DNA of 61,442 nucleotides, filler included, from 9 parts of 9 records of this genome joined end to end with filler, not necessarily neighbours in it; one strand, 5' to 3'. Positions 22,331-33,531 are shown, counted from the first letter of the whole stretch. The notes: generated by a model not told the origin, from the letters alone. Numbers and translations: made by a program.

Positions 22331-23284
22331 ATGAATTTGAAAGACTTGCTAAAGCGCAGAATTCTCCTTTTTACAGGAAAAGGTGGTGTCGGAAAATCAA
22401 CTGTAGTCGCCGCAATGGCTTCTTATGCCGCGAGTGTTGGTAAAAAGGCTCTTGTAGTCGAGATCGATACGGAATCAGCAATGAAGCGCATTTTCGCAGC
22501 ATCTTTCGTTGGTTTTGTGCCAATCGAAGTTAAAAATGGAATATGGGCGATAAACATAAATCCTGAAGAAGCTTTGCTCGAATATTTCGAGGAGCATGTG
22601 AAAAGCAAGCGACTCGCAAAAATAATCGCTAACAATTCGATTTTACAATACTTTTTCAAAACTGCGCCAGCCGTCAACGAATTCGTGACGATCAACAAAC
22701 TGTACTCGCTGATGAACGAGAAAATCAAATCGACAAACACTTTCAATTATGACATTTTGCTAGTCGATATGCCTGCAACCGGCCACGCTTTGACATTTTT
22801 GAAATTACCGACAAATTTAAAACAGTTGATCGGAGTTGGGCCGCTTAGAAAATTGATCGATAAATATCAATATCTTTTTACAGATGAAAAAACGACTGCA
22901 TTAAACTTTGTTACACTGCCGGAAGAAATGCCGATAACCGAAACTGTCGAATTATATCAAACAGTTAGAGAAATCGATGATATTCCGATGGGAATGCTTT
23001 TCGTAAATTCCGTCCCTCAATCGCTGTTTAATAAAGACGAAGGACAAGTTATCGAAAAGCTTAACGAAATTTCGGAAAAGCCAAGTAAAATCAATAATAT
23101 AATCGAAACAGGTTTAAACGCTTACAATCGACAGAAAAAGATCGAAAGCTTGATAAATCAACTGAAAACAAGCGTTTTTATGGAGTTGATTCGATTGCCC
23201 AAGTACCTTGTACCGACATTCAATTTGCAGACTCTGGAGAACATGGCCGGTGTTCTTGAAACTGCCGCAAAGGAGAGTGCTTGA
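22331..23284 (+). CDS. ArsA/Get3-family ATPase, first of pair
   Basis: TGKGGVGKST deviant P-loop, VDMPATGH, VTLPEEMP. Confidence 0.85.
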   Translation: MNLKDLLKRRILLFTGKGGVGKSTVVAAMASYAASVGKKALVVEIDTESAMKRIFAASFVGFVPIEVKNGIWAININPEEALLEYFEEHVKSKRLAKIIANNSILQYFFKTAPAVNEFVTINKLYSLMNEKIKSTNTFNYDILLVDMPATGHALTFLKLPTNLKQLIGVGPLRKLIDKYQYLFTDEKTTALNFVTLPEEMPITETVELYQTVREIDDIPMGMLFVNSVPQSLFNKDEGQVIEKLNEISEKPSKINNIIETGLNAYNRQKKIESLINQLKTSVFMELIRLPKYLVPTFNLQTLENMAGVLETAAKESA

Positions 23285-24440
23285 AACTTAACGACATCAT
23301 ACAAAACAAGCGACTCGTAGTTTGCTGTGGTTCGGGAGGAGTTGGCAAAACTACAACCTCGGCAGCGATTGCCCTTAATTCTGCGATTTCAGGCAAAAAA
23401 ACGCTCGTTATTACAATCGATCCTGCCAAAAGGCTCGCTCAGTCACTTGGACTGGAAGGTCTTGATAATACAGAAAGAAAAGTTCCGGCAGAAAGATTCA
23501 AGGCGGCGGGACTATCGGAAGATCACGAGCTTTATGCAGCAATGCTCGATACTAAGGAAAGCTTTGATGCGTTAATCAGGAGAATTACATCGTCGGAAGC
23601 ACAAGCCGACAGAATCATGAATAACAATATTTATCGCCAGTTATCAAATGCCATTGCCGGATCACAGGAATATGTCGCAATGGAGCGACTGCATGAAATC
23701 ATGCAACAGGATAAATATGACATGATAATTCTCGATACTCCACCAACCAAAAATGCTCTCGATTTTCTCAATGCACCAAACAGGCTTGCAGCGTTTTTAG
23801 ATGAAAAAATCGTAAAATGGTTTGAAAAAGGAACAAATTCCGGCATCACCAGCTTGTTATTCCAAAAAGGTGGAGAAGTAGTTTACAAGCTTTTAGGCGT
23901 TCTTGTTGGTGATGGATTTATCAAGGATTTATCGGAATTTTTCCAGTCGATGAGCGGACTTTATTCCGGCTTTCGCGATAGAGCAATTAAAGTAAATGAA
24001 TTATTGAGAGACAAAAGCACGGTTTTCATGCTTGTAACATCAGCGGAAAGAAACACGCTTAACGAAGCCGTTTATTTCCACAATCTTCTAAAAGATGCAA
24101 GCATTCCGCTCGAAGCAGTAATTGTCAATCGTGCCTATCATCCGGATATTACAGAAGAAATCAAGCTATCTGATATCGAGGAATTTTTATCGTCAAAAGA
24201 AGTAACAGACCAAGTAAACAGCGATTCAACCAACAACAAGGTTTTGGGAGACATTGGCAACAAGCTTTTGAATCTCAACCAAATCATCCAGGAATTAAAC
24301 ATAAACGCAGAACAGAATATCGGCAGATTAAAAGCCTCATTGAATAACATGAACGATGTCGCCCGCGTACCGCAATTCTCGGAAGACATCTGTGATATCG
24401 AGGGTCTTTGAAAATGAATGATTATCTCTTCTCGTCATAA
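23281..24440 (+). CDS. ArsA/Get3-family ATPase, second of pair (probable 1-nt loss near 24408; as written stops at 24411)
   Basis: CCGSGGVGKTT, TIDPAKRLA, GSQEYVAME, LDTPPT..ALDFL; one extra T extends the end to DIEGLLKMNDYLFSS*. Confidence 0.85.
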
Positions 24441-24702
24441 CCGAAATCACAAACCAAATTATATTGCTGAGTAAATTTTCTCACAAATCGCATCACAAAG
24501 TTCCATTTACATATATATAAGAAATCGGTTGAATTTTTCAGGTTTTGACTATACTCTTAAAAGCCACGGACTTGCTACCATGGCCTGAATAATATTGAGA
24601 GGTAACATTCAGGTTATTGGCCACATATATGAAAAGATCAATAAAAACCGGAGGTTAGACTTATGCGAAAATCTCGCTCGCTGTTATGCGCATTCATGCT
24701 GC

Positions 24703-24802
24703 NNNNNNNNNNNNNNNNNNNNNNNNNNNNNNNNNNNNNNNNNNNNTTAATTAATTAANNNNNNNNNNNNNNNNNNNNNNNNNNNNNNNNNNNNNNNNNN
24801 NN
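24703..24802. other. Artificial contig linker
   Basis: N44-TTAATTAATTAA-N44. Confidence 0.98.
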
Positions 24803-24847
24803 TTGGTAATGAAATCAACTATCATAATTAATCATCAATAGGATATC

Positions 24848-27811
24848 ATGAAATATATATATATAACTATTTTATTATTGATCACCGTTCATACGCTAAA
24901 TGCACAGTCGGTGGTCACAGGTAAGGTATTCGACGAAAACGGGAATACGCTTGCCGGAGTAGAGTTTTATTTAACTGAATCTAAGGTTAGCAAAGCTGGG
25001 ATTTCAGATTCAACGGGTTTGGTAATGGCAACAAGCCATCCGGAGAATACCAGCTATCTTTTTTATCGATATGTAGGCGAGAATGAATATACTGGTTCAG
25101 TTAATATTCAGAACAACGCATTTGATCTTGTAATCGGTGAAAACAATCGGGTTATCAATTTGGGATATGGGATGCAAACATCTAATGAGCTGTCAACACA
25201 CTCTTCTGCAACTCTTTACAAGGATGAATTATTAAAATCCTCTGAAAGGAATGTAAGCAAGGCTCTATACGGACAACTTGCGGGCCTCTATGTCATCAAT
25301 TCCGGGAGTATGACGGTTCGTGGGCGCAGTACCTTTGGGAGCAACGCTCCACTGGTATTGGTCGATGGTTTTGAAAGAGACCTGAACTTTTATTCAATCG
25401 GGGAGATTGAATCAGTTACAGTGCTAAAAGATGCAGTTGCTGCTGCATTATATGGTGTTCGGGGTGCAAACGGAGTAATTGTTGTAAAAACAGTCCGGGG
25501 TAAAATCGGAAAACCCGAAATAGATGTTCGTTACAACAATAATCAATACAGTCATTTTCGGCCGATAGAGATGGCAGACGCTCCCACTTATGCCAATGCG
25601 CTGAATGAAGCCTTAGTAAACGATGGCTTGGATGCGCGTTATTCTGTTGATGAAATAGCAGCGTTTGAATCGGGAGATTTTCCTTACGCATATCCAAATA
25701 TAAACTGGAGCAATGAAGTATTTAACGACCGGCCAACAGGACACTTATTTGAATTTACAGCTCGGGGAGGAAGTGATCGATTCAAATATGCTGCTTCTTC
25801 TTCGTATGCTCAGGATGGTGGCTATTATAAAGGATTAGCATCGTCTGCACGTAATGATCATAAGCTTTCCAATACAGCGTTAAACATTAGAGCGAACGTA
25901 GATATCGATGTAACGAAGAGCACCACTTTTAGTGTTGGATTACTAACACATTTGAGAGAGTCAACGCAACCGGGAGCTGGTTCTTCTTCAATTAATAGCA
26001 GTGTTTACGATATACCCTCTGCTGCATTTCCTGTTTACAGTGGTGAAGAACAAGTATTTGCAAGTAATGCTTTTTACGGTCTAAATCCATTGGCTATGGT
26101 GAATTATACTGGATTTACCAAGAATATTGACCAGTCATTGTTTTTTGATACACGATTAAAACAGGATTTATCGGCTATTTTACCCGGATTATCGGCAGAG
26201 GCAGCGTTATCTTATGATTTTCGTTCTCTTTTGCGGGAGACTGGTAGTCGGGAATATAAATACGATGTAATAGCTGCACAAATCGACTCAACAGGTAATT
26301 TAGTAAGCTCAAAAACTTCCTTTGGTGAAGATACACCAATGAATTTTGGTCAATCTATTACCGGGCAATTTATCAACAATAACATAGAGGCAAAATTGAA
26401 TTACCATAGGTCAACCTCTTACTACCAGTTGAATACCTCGCTGATTTATGAGCATAGCTTTTATTTTACACAGGGACAAAACAATACCGAAAAGCGCCAG
26501 GCGTACAAGGCTTTTGGCTCAGTGGTATTAGACAATAAATATTTAATTGATGCGGTGGTAAACTACGCCGGTACTTCCAAACTTCAGGAAGGTGACCGTT
26601 TTAGGCTTTATCCTGCGGTTTCTGCTGCATGGATTGTTTCAAACGAGCCATTCTTTAATAATTCCGAGAAAACAAGCCTGAAAGTAAGAGGATCGTTTGG
26701 TATTTCGGGGAGCGATTTGTACGACCATGACCTATACAGGACAAACTTCACGTCAGGTGGAAATGTTCAATTCAACAACACTATAACTAACTTTAGTACA
26801 ACTATGGCAGGAGAATTGCCGACACTTAATTTAACCAATGAAACTGCAACAAAGGCTGATTTTGGTTTCGATTTATCCCTGTTTAATAATAAGCTCAGTT
26901 TAACTACAGATTTCTTTTATGAAAACAGAACACATATTCTTGTTACAGGAGAAAATTCAATTTCAGCTGTTCTTGGTTTAGATGTTTCGGACCAGGTAGA
27001 CGGGGTAATAAACACTAAAGGTTTTGAGTCGAGCCTGGCATGGCAAGATAAGGTAAATGACTTTGAATATAAGATATCCGGGAATATTGCTTTTGCAAGA
27101 GCCAAGGTGATAGAAAACAATGAAGGCTTTCTCCCTTATGATTATCTTTCGGAAAAAGGAAATAGCATCAATGCGAGATATGGCCTTGAGGCAATTGGAT
27201 TTTTCAACGATGAAACTGATATAGAGAATTCACCTGAACAGATGTTTAGCGATGTTAGTCCGGGGGATATTAAATATAAGAACCAAAATCCCGATGACGA
27301 TCAGGTTATTGATCAGCTTGATTTGATCAAAATTAGCGATTATGGAGCTAATCCTGAAATATATTATGGCTTCGATATTCATCTGAAATATAAAGGCCTG
27401 GGGTTTTATGCCTTATTGCAGGGGGTTGCTAACCGCAGTATCTATACGAATTCAGAAAATATCTTTTTTCCCTTGCAGAATAACACCAATATTTCTACCT
27501 ATTACCTTGAGCAAAGAACAAGATGGACTGAGGCCACTGCTTCAGTGGCAGATGCTCCCCGGCTTACCACAGAGAGTAATGCCAACAATTTCCGGGCATC
27601 TGATTTATGGATAGAGAACGGTTCCTATTTAAAGCTGAGAAATATCGAAGTTTATTATATTTTCCCCTCTTTTGGGTTTGAAACAAAGCTTTTTGTAAGA
27701 GGAGCGAATCTGTTTTCACTGGACAAATTGAAAGATTTTGATCCGGAAAATTATTCCATTGCTTATCCTTCACTTTCCTCTGTTACAATGGGTGTTCATA
27801 TTAAATTTTAA
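24848..27811 (+). CDS. SusC/RagA TonB-dependent receptor
   Basis: PLVLVDG, IESVTVLKDAVAAALYGVRGANGVIVV, GDIKYK, SYLKLRN, C-terminal F. Confidence 0.93.
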   Translation: MKYIYITILLLITVHTLNAQSVVTGKVFDENGNTLAGVEFYLTESKVSKAGISDSTGLVMATSHPENTSYLFYRYVGENEYTGSVNIQNNAFDLVIGENNRVINLGYGMQTSNELSTHSSATLYKDELLKSSERNVSKALYGQLAGLYVINSGSMTVRGRSTFGSNAPLVLVDGFERDLNFYSIGEIESVTVLKDAVAAALYGVRGANGVIVVKTVRGKIGKPEIDVRYNNNQYSHFRPIEMADAPTYANALNEALVNDGLDARYSVDEIAAFESGDFPYAYPNINWSNEVFNDRPTGHLFEFTARGGSDRFKYAASSSYAQDGGYYKGLASSARNDHKLSNTALNIRANVDIDVTKSTTFSVGLLTHLRESTQPGAGSSSINSSVYDIPSAAFPVYSGEEQVFASNAFYGLNPLAMVNYTGFTKNIDQSLFFDTRLKQDLSAILPGLSAEAALSYDFRSLLRETGSREYKYDVIAAQIDSTGNLVSSKTSFGEDTPMNFGQSITGQFINNNIEAKLNYHRSTSYYQLNTSLIYEHSFYFTQGQNNTEKRQAYKAFGSVVLDNKYLIDAVVNYAGTSKLQEGDRFRLYPAVSAAWIVSNEPFFNNSEKTSLKVRGSFGISGSDLYDHDLYRTNFTSGGNVQFNNTITNFSTTMAGELPTLNLTNETATKADFGFDLSLFNNKLSLTTDFFYENRTHILVTGENSISAVLGLDVSDQVDGVINTKGFESSLAWQDKVNDFEYKISGNIAFARAKVIENNEGFLPYDYLSEKGNSINARYGLEAIGFFNDETDIENSPEQMFSDVSPGDIKYKNQNPDDDQVIDQLDLIKISDYGANPEIYYGFDIHLKYKGLGFYALLQGVANRSIYTNSENIFFPLQNNTNISTYYLEQRTRWTEATASVADAPRLTTESNANNFRASDLWIENGSYLKLRNIEVYYIFPSFGFETKLFVRGANLFSLDKLKDFDPENYSIAYPSLSSVTMGVHIKF

Positions 27812-27832
27812 CCTACTAAAAAAATTATTGCA

Positions 27833-29508
27833 ATGAAATTAGATATAAGATTTTTAATCGGTGTGCTGCTACTTGTTGTTTCAGGATGTAGCCACCTTGA
27901 TTTTGATGAATCAAGCGGAGAGGCTAAAGAGTATTATTATTCTTACTTCAACAACCTGGATGCATTGGTCAGATATGGATATAAAAACATGGACGAGGAT
28001 TTTGGTAAAGTTGGTGGTGGGATGTTAGCCTGTGGTACTGATGATGCCGAATATACCTATTCAAATTCATCAGTGCAGGCATTTAACGATGGCAGCTGGT
28101 CACCCTTTAGAACAATTGATGCCCGGTGGAGCCAATCCTATCAAGCTATCCATGCGATGAATGATTACTTATGGAAAGTTTAGATGTTTCAAAATTGGAG
28201 AAATTTCAATATAATCTGGATTATCTGGAAAATATGGCGGAATTAAGGTATTGGGCTTTTGAAGCTAGAATTTTACGGGCATATCACCTGTTTGAACTGA
28301 CCAAAAGATATGGTGATATTCCTATGCCGCTCAAAACTTTAGAGGCAGAAGAAGCAAATAGTATCTCAAAAACTCCTTTCGATGATGTTATTTCATTTAT
28401 TGTTTCAGAATGTGAACTTTTTGCGGATTCCTTACCGGTAAGATGGGATGCGACAGGTTTAAATCAGGAGACCGGGCGATTTACAAGAGGTGCAGTAATG
28501 GCGATGAAATCAAGAGCCCTGCTATACGCCGCAAGTCCTTTGCATAATACGGACAACACTACTCAGAAATGGATAGATGCAGCGCAGGCAGCGCATGATA
28601 TAATTGATTCAGCTTTTTATTCGCTTGAACCGATCTCAAAAAACATTTTCAATACGATTGAGGTAAATTCCAGTGAGCTTATTTTGACAATCCGGAATCA
28701 GGCAACCAATCTTTTTGAGCAAAGAAACTTTCCTATCGGTTATGAAGGTGGAAATAGCGGAACAACTCCCACTCAAAATTTGGTGGATGCTTTCCAGACA
28801 ATCGACGGGTTTGATGTAAGCTTAAGCGCTTCAGGATGGGTATGTGATGATCCTGCTTTTGATCCTGCTCAACCTTACGCTAACAGGGATCCACGTTTTT
28901 ATAATACGGTGCTTTATGATAACGCACAATTTAAAGGAAGGCCGGTTGAAATTTTTGAAAATGGACTGGACGCGAGCCCAATTACCGGGGCTACTTTAAC
29001 CGGTTACTATTTGAAAAAATATGTTGTAGAGAGTGTTGATTTATCGCCAACAATTAATTCTACAGCCTATCACCATTGGATTCTTTATCGTTATGCAGAA
29101 ACTTTATTGAGTTATGCAGAAGCAATGAATGAAGCTTATGGTCCTAATGATGCGGGATCTTTTACACTCACGGCACTGGATGCATTAAATCAGGTTAGAA
29201 CAAGGGCAAACATGCCGGCTTATTCAGACTTGAGCCAGAATGAATTCAGAGAAGCATTACAAAGGGAACGAAGAGTTGAGTTGGCTTTTGAAGGACATCG
29301 TTTCTGGGATATTCGTCGATGGAAAATTGGTGGGGATACCCAAAAAACTATACATGGTGTCGACATAGCACTGGACGGTGCAGGAGAAAGGGTATTTACT
29401 TTAAAAACGGTTGAAAACAGGGTGTGGAATGACAGAATGAATCTGTTCCCTATACCCCAACAGGAAGTTTATATAAATAGTGAACTGGGACAAAATCCCG
29501 GTTGGTAG
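27833..29508 (+). CDS. SusD/RagB nutrient-binding lipoprotein (frameshift near 28170)
   Basis: Lipobox VSGC; EARILRAYHLFEL..RYGDIP, RDPRF, RYAE, ERRVELAFEGHRFWDIRRW, QNPGW; split across two frames. Confidence 0.9.
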
Positions 29509-29547
29509 TAGTCTGGTAGTCTAATAGTCTAGTAGTTTGATAGTTTG
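29508..29547. repeat. Five degenerate tandem octamers RTAGTYTR
   Basis: gtagtctg gtagtcta atagtcta gtagtttg atagtttg directly after the susD stop. Confidence 0.75.
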
Positions 29548-29652
29548 TATGCATGGGAAGAATTTTCCCGTGCATACTTCATTTAAATAGGTACTCATAA
29601 TAAATCTCTCTCTCTGATATAAAGAGTACTATAGCTATATTTAAGAAACCGC

Positions 29653-29699
29653 AAACCCCGGTTTTAGCACCTTTGCCCAAAACCGGGGTTTTATTTTTT
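29653..29699. terminator. Hairpin/terminator between convergent genes
   Basis: AAACCCCGGTTTT-loop-AAAACCGGGGTTT then a T tract; another hairpin at 29547-29577. Confidence 0.65.
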
Positions 29700-29764
29700 A
29701 TAAACAGTCAATTTCACCTTTGAAACTGTGGGGTCAGCATCGACCGAAATATCCAAACTCGTTT

Positions 29765-31572
29765 TTATTTAATCCCGTCAAATCGAATACTCTCCACATC
29801 GCTCTTGTCATCAATTATAAGGTTTTTATCATCTGTTGAGGTAATTTTCTTGCCATTAACAGTAAGTCCGGTAAAGGAGATATCGCCACAATTTTCCATT
29901 CTAATTGGTACTCCCTTTTTTCCCTTTGTAACCGAACCGATTTTGTTATTCTTAAGAACACTATTTTTAACTGCACCCATCCAAATAGCAGTTCCGTACC
30001 ATTCCTCTATGGTATTATTTTCCACAATTATGCCATCTATGAGGCGCCCCTCAGCTGTATTATGCGGAAAAACACGATTTCTGATTTCAATGCCGTTTTT
30101 TTGAATATCCTTGATATAATTATTTCGTATAATGACATTTTCAGGATAGGGACCTTCCGGCCAACGGGGAAGATTGGCATTAGCAACTCCATTGGTAACA
30201 ACAATTCCTTCACCATTAAGACCATAGATTAGATTTCCCTCAACCAACCCATTTGCAGGTTTAAGAAACATAGCGTACCTGCGATGGTGACGAAATATAT
30301 TATTTCGAATGATATAGCCGGCACCTGATGCATTGCGGTTATAGAAAATATGGGCTTTCTTACGATCTTCAGAGAATATCACGCCTTTGATAGCTTTATC
30401 CAATTCGACTGTGTAAGTATTTCTGTTGTCATTAAGAGAAACTACTCTGGCTCTTCCCAGGGTATTACCGTTTGAAGGATCAAAGACTTCCAACAAGTCC
30501 CCTTTTTGTATCAGGGTACCGTGATTAAGTACATATTTTGTTGGAGAAATAATCTCTTTTATAACATTAGGACTACAGTAAAGATTGATGCTATCATCAA
30601 TCTGACCTTCCATCAGGCACTGTTCAATAATAGAACCACGGCGATTTTGTCGAAGATGAAAACCGTCAGCACAGGAAGTGATCAGCCTGTCAGTCCCCGG
30701 CTTAAACATTAGATGAATACCTCGAAAAGTGGCAAGCTCTGTTTGTTTTGCACCGAACGTTAGACTGGGGCAGGAATAGACAATGATATCCTCAAGGGTA
30801 TTCTCCTTACCACCAGTAATATGCATGACGCCACCTGCATGCATGCCGAGGGGGATAACAAACCTATCTCCTTCTTCTATTTGGGCAATGTTGTCTACAG
30901 ACAGGTGGCTTAATATGAGTTTGACCCGTCGTTTCCCGGCTTTCGATTTGAGCACCTCGTAATCAGTAATTCGGCATGCGTTCATCACATCTCGTTTAAA
31001 TCTTCTACGCTTAGGTTCCATGATGACTCCCCAACCTCTGCCCAATGCCTTTTTGCCAACGTTCATTGTTAATTTACCATCTACCTGCTGAGGACCTCCG
31101 AGCAGTTTAGAATTAAATGGGGCGTCAGAAGGAATGGGGTAACCCTTGTGCACTTCCATAGTGAAAGTTCCATCCTCGGCATTTATCTCAGAAACAGTTC
31201 CTTGCATATAAGGCAGAGGACTGTAGTCGACAATAAATCCTCGCAAGATTACATTTTCACAATCTTTAAGATCAAAAGCAAGCATGTCTGGAGAAATTAG
31301 CAAGGTGGCTCCATTGCCACAAATGCTTATGTTTTTTGCTTTATCAACAGTCCAGGCATATTTTTTTGATTCGTGAGCAGCCACCCGGTAGGTTTTAGGT
31401 GAGAACAGAACAACACTTCCGGAACCTTTCGCTTTGGCAGCATTTATGGCATTTTCTATGGCTACGGTATCATCAGTTTGGCCATCTCCTTTGGCACCAT
31501 ATTTCTCTACTTCAAATATTTTCGACGAGTCGCCGGGGAGTATAAATTTTTCCGGCTTATAATTATTAGCAG
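29765..31572 (-). CDS. Right-handed beta-helix glycoside hydrolase-like protein (GH110-like), 5' truncated
   Basis: Frame open to the contig edge with KYGAKGDGQTDDTVAI; TSCADGFH and GQIDDSIN motifs; IRNN repeats. Confidence 0.7.
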
Positions 31573-31672
31573 NNNNNNNNNNNNNNNNNNNNNNNNNNNN
31601 NNNNNNNNNNNNNNNNTTAATTAATTAANNNNNNNNNNNNNNNNNNNNNNNNNNNNNNNNNNNNNNNNNNNN
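31573..31672. other. Artificial contig linker
   Basis: N44-TTAATTAATTAA-N44. Confidence 0.98.
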
Positions 31673-31696
31673 CTCTCAAGACCCTTGATTTTACTG

Positions 31697-31756
31697 TGGT
31701 GCCGGAGGCGAGACTTGAACTCGCACAGGGTTGCCCCCGGAGGATTTTGAGTCCGT
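31697..31756 (-). tRNA. tRNA-Leu(CAA) 3' fragment (att core), lacking acceptor 5' strand and D arm
   Basis: Minus strand GGACT-CAA-AATCC, long variable arm, GCGAG-TTCAAGT-CTCGC, CTCCGGC-ACCA; upstream sequence is not tRNA-like. Confidence 0.85.
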
Positions 31757-31903
31757 ATCCAAGGTAAATAAATGCAAAATGAAAAAGGATATTGCAAATA
31801 AATACAAAGTCAATATAGTTGTTATTTAAGGAAGTTATACAATAAGTGTAGTTGTCCGCAAATTAATGCCAAATACTCAAAATAGCTACCATAATTCGGG
31901 TGA

Positions 31904-31925
31904 GTGTTGCCAAAGTGTTGCCAAA
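31904..31925. repeat. Tandem 11-bp direct repeat, candidate integrase arm-type sites
   Basis: GTGTTGCCAAA twice, about 150 bp from the att core; partial copy ATGCCAAA at 31866. Confidence 0.55.
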
Positions 31926-32224
31926 TCCCCATTTAGATCCCCTCATCAAACTTCATTTTTTAAACTCTCACTAAAATTTTATAAAAGTGCCAAGACCTCT
32001 TATGAAATTTTTATAAGTCGAATGTTATTAACATTCTTTGAACAAAATTTTGTCAATAAATTTGCAAATCTCAGTTACAAACATTTTATCAACACAAAGA
32101 TGTTTATAATTGTTAAAATCTGAGCACCCCCGAGACTCTTATGGGGCGCTCCTTCTTTTCTGCCAGGGAAAGGAAACAATTTCAGACATTATCACCCATT
32201 TGCAGATCAACAAGATATCAGTCT

Positions 32225-32254
32225 TTGACAACACCATGCCACCAAACGTATAAT
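32225..32254 (+). promoter_or_regulatory. Consensus sigma70 promoter
   Basis: TTGACA-18 bp-TATAAT, with ATG 5 nt after the -10. Confidence 0.75.
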
Positions 32255-32259
32255 TGATT

Positions 32260-32517
32260 ATGGAACCAATAAAAAAAGAACTCACAGAAAAAAAAACTAC
32301 AGAAAAAGAAAGCTTCTGGTGCTACGCTGTCATTGTGTTCACGATCTACTTTGCGATAATTCTCGCGGCGCAGATATTTGGGGCCGAAGATTTTGCCGAA
32401 AAAATCCATACGTTTGTCGTGCAATTGGTTTTCGGCATCATTCTATGGAGCGGCATGATCATTTTCCCCATTGCCTTTATTCTTTTTCTGTTTGCGCGGC
32501 TTCGACCGCGACGTTAA
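32260..32517 (+). CDS. Small two-TM membrane protein (element cargo)
   Basis: Two hydrophobic segments and a basic C-terminus; follows the consensus promoter. Confidence 0.6.
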   Translation: MEPIKKELTEKKTTEKESFWCYAVIVFTIYFAIILAAQIFGAEDFAEKIHTFVVQLVFGIILWSGMIIFPIAFILFLFARLRPRR

Positions 32518-32569
32518 CCGGCACAATAGTACCCAGAATAACCGTGCAAGGGCATCAATGAGGGAAACC

Positions 32570-32827
32570 ATGATTGAAGAACTTGTGAGCATTGCTTTTA
32601 GAGGGATGTTTCGATTACTCATGTGGATTTTCATTGAGTTAATCATCGAGCTGGCTTTTTATGTGATCGGTTACCCCATCGTCAAGATAGCCACTTTGGG
32701 TAGGTACCCACGGCACGGCATCTTTGATGGGGCAAAAACGGATGATTCCTCGGAGTTTTACGTCAGCATTGTAGGCTTATTGGTCGCGGTACTATTCTTG
32801 GTAATCGTTTTTTCGACTTCTTTATAA
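32570..32827 (+). CDS. Small membrane protein (element cargo)
   Basis: GAGGG RBS before ATG; two hydrophobic segments around IGYPIVKIATLGRYP. Confidence 0.6.
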   Translation: MIEELVSIAFRGMFRLLMWIFIELIIELAFYVIGYPIVKIATLGRYPRHGIFDGAKTDDSSEFYVSIVGLLVAVLFLVIVFSTSL

Positions 32828-32988
32828 ATTCAAAGCTCAACAATACTCATCCGGACACCCGCGTATCCAATCGTTTGATCGAAATCAATGCCCTAGCTCA
32901 TTGATAAAGTAGCCTGAGCTTGATCTCGGCCGGTAACAATGTCGGTGGCAGACGTTAACCACTCCCTTTAAAATGTTGTCTCTGATCT

Positions 32989-33438
32989 TCATACTTCATC
33001 CTCTTCGGTATCCGGAAACACCACGTTCAACTCATCTTGAAAAATATCATCATCCCTAAGGTCCAACGTGGCGGGGAATGAAAAGTTCACTCCATCATCA
33101 ACCTGGTCAACGGTGACAAGAGCCGGATTGAGTTCTGCCAGTCGAACCAAATACCTGAGAATCTCCATGGTGGGATGAACGTCCTTCATCGATCGTGCAT
33201 ATTCAATTGATGCCCATATCTGGTCAAGGCGGCTCTGGTCGCTCTTATGCTTGGGGTTATATTTTCTATCCAAGTTGTCAGATAGGGCCTTATCTGCCTT
33301 GTCTCGGTCTATTAAGTTTTTCCCACCGATAATCTTGAAGCACCCGGCCAACTTCCCCTGCTTTTTGAGTGTGGTGATTCTTGGAGCTGAAACGTTCCGG
33401 TGTTCAGCGTATTCCTTTTGGGTCATATATTGAGTCAT
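32989..33438 (-). CDS. Small-terminase-like winged-HTH protein 2
   Basis: MTQKEYAEHRNVSAPRITTLKKQGKL...LIDRDKAD resembles prophage TerS DNA-binding N-termini; AGAGGT RBS; starts about 95 bp after cos-like copy 2. Confidence 0.55.
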   Translation of the reverse strand: MTQYMTQKEYAEHRNVSAPRITTLKKQGKLAGCFKIIGGKNLIDRDKADKALSDNLDRKYNPKHKSDQSRLDQIWASIEYARSMKDVHPTMEILRYLVRLAELNPALVTVDQVDDGVNFSFPATLDLRDDDIFQDELNVVFPDTEEDEV

Positions 33439-33531
33439 GGGTTAATTAACCTCTCTTGATTAACGTTAATTTCGATTGAATGTGACAGTTATGGGTTAAC
33501 TCATTTTTAACATCCGTAACTATGGAGAGAT

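Noticed and set aside
22331-24440. Arsenic resistance operon
   Set aside because: No arsB/acr3/arsC/arsR on the contig, and the motifs fit the non-arsenic paired ATPases.
31697-31756. A functional tRNA-Leu gene
   Set aside because: No acceptor 5' strand or D arm upstream; it is only the 3' fragment.
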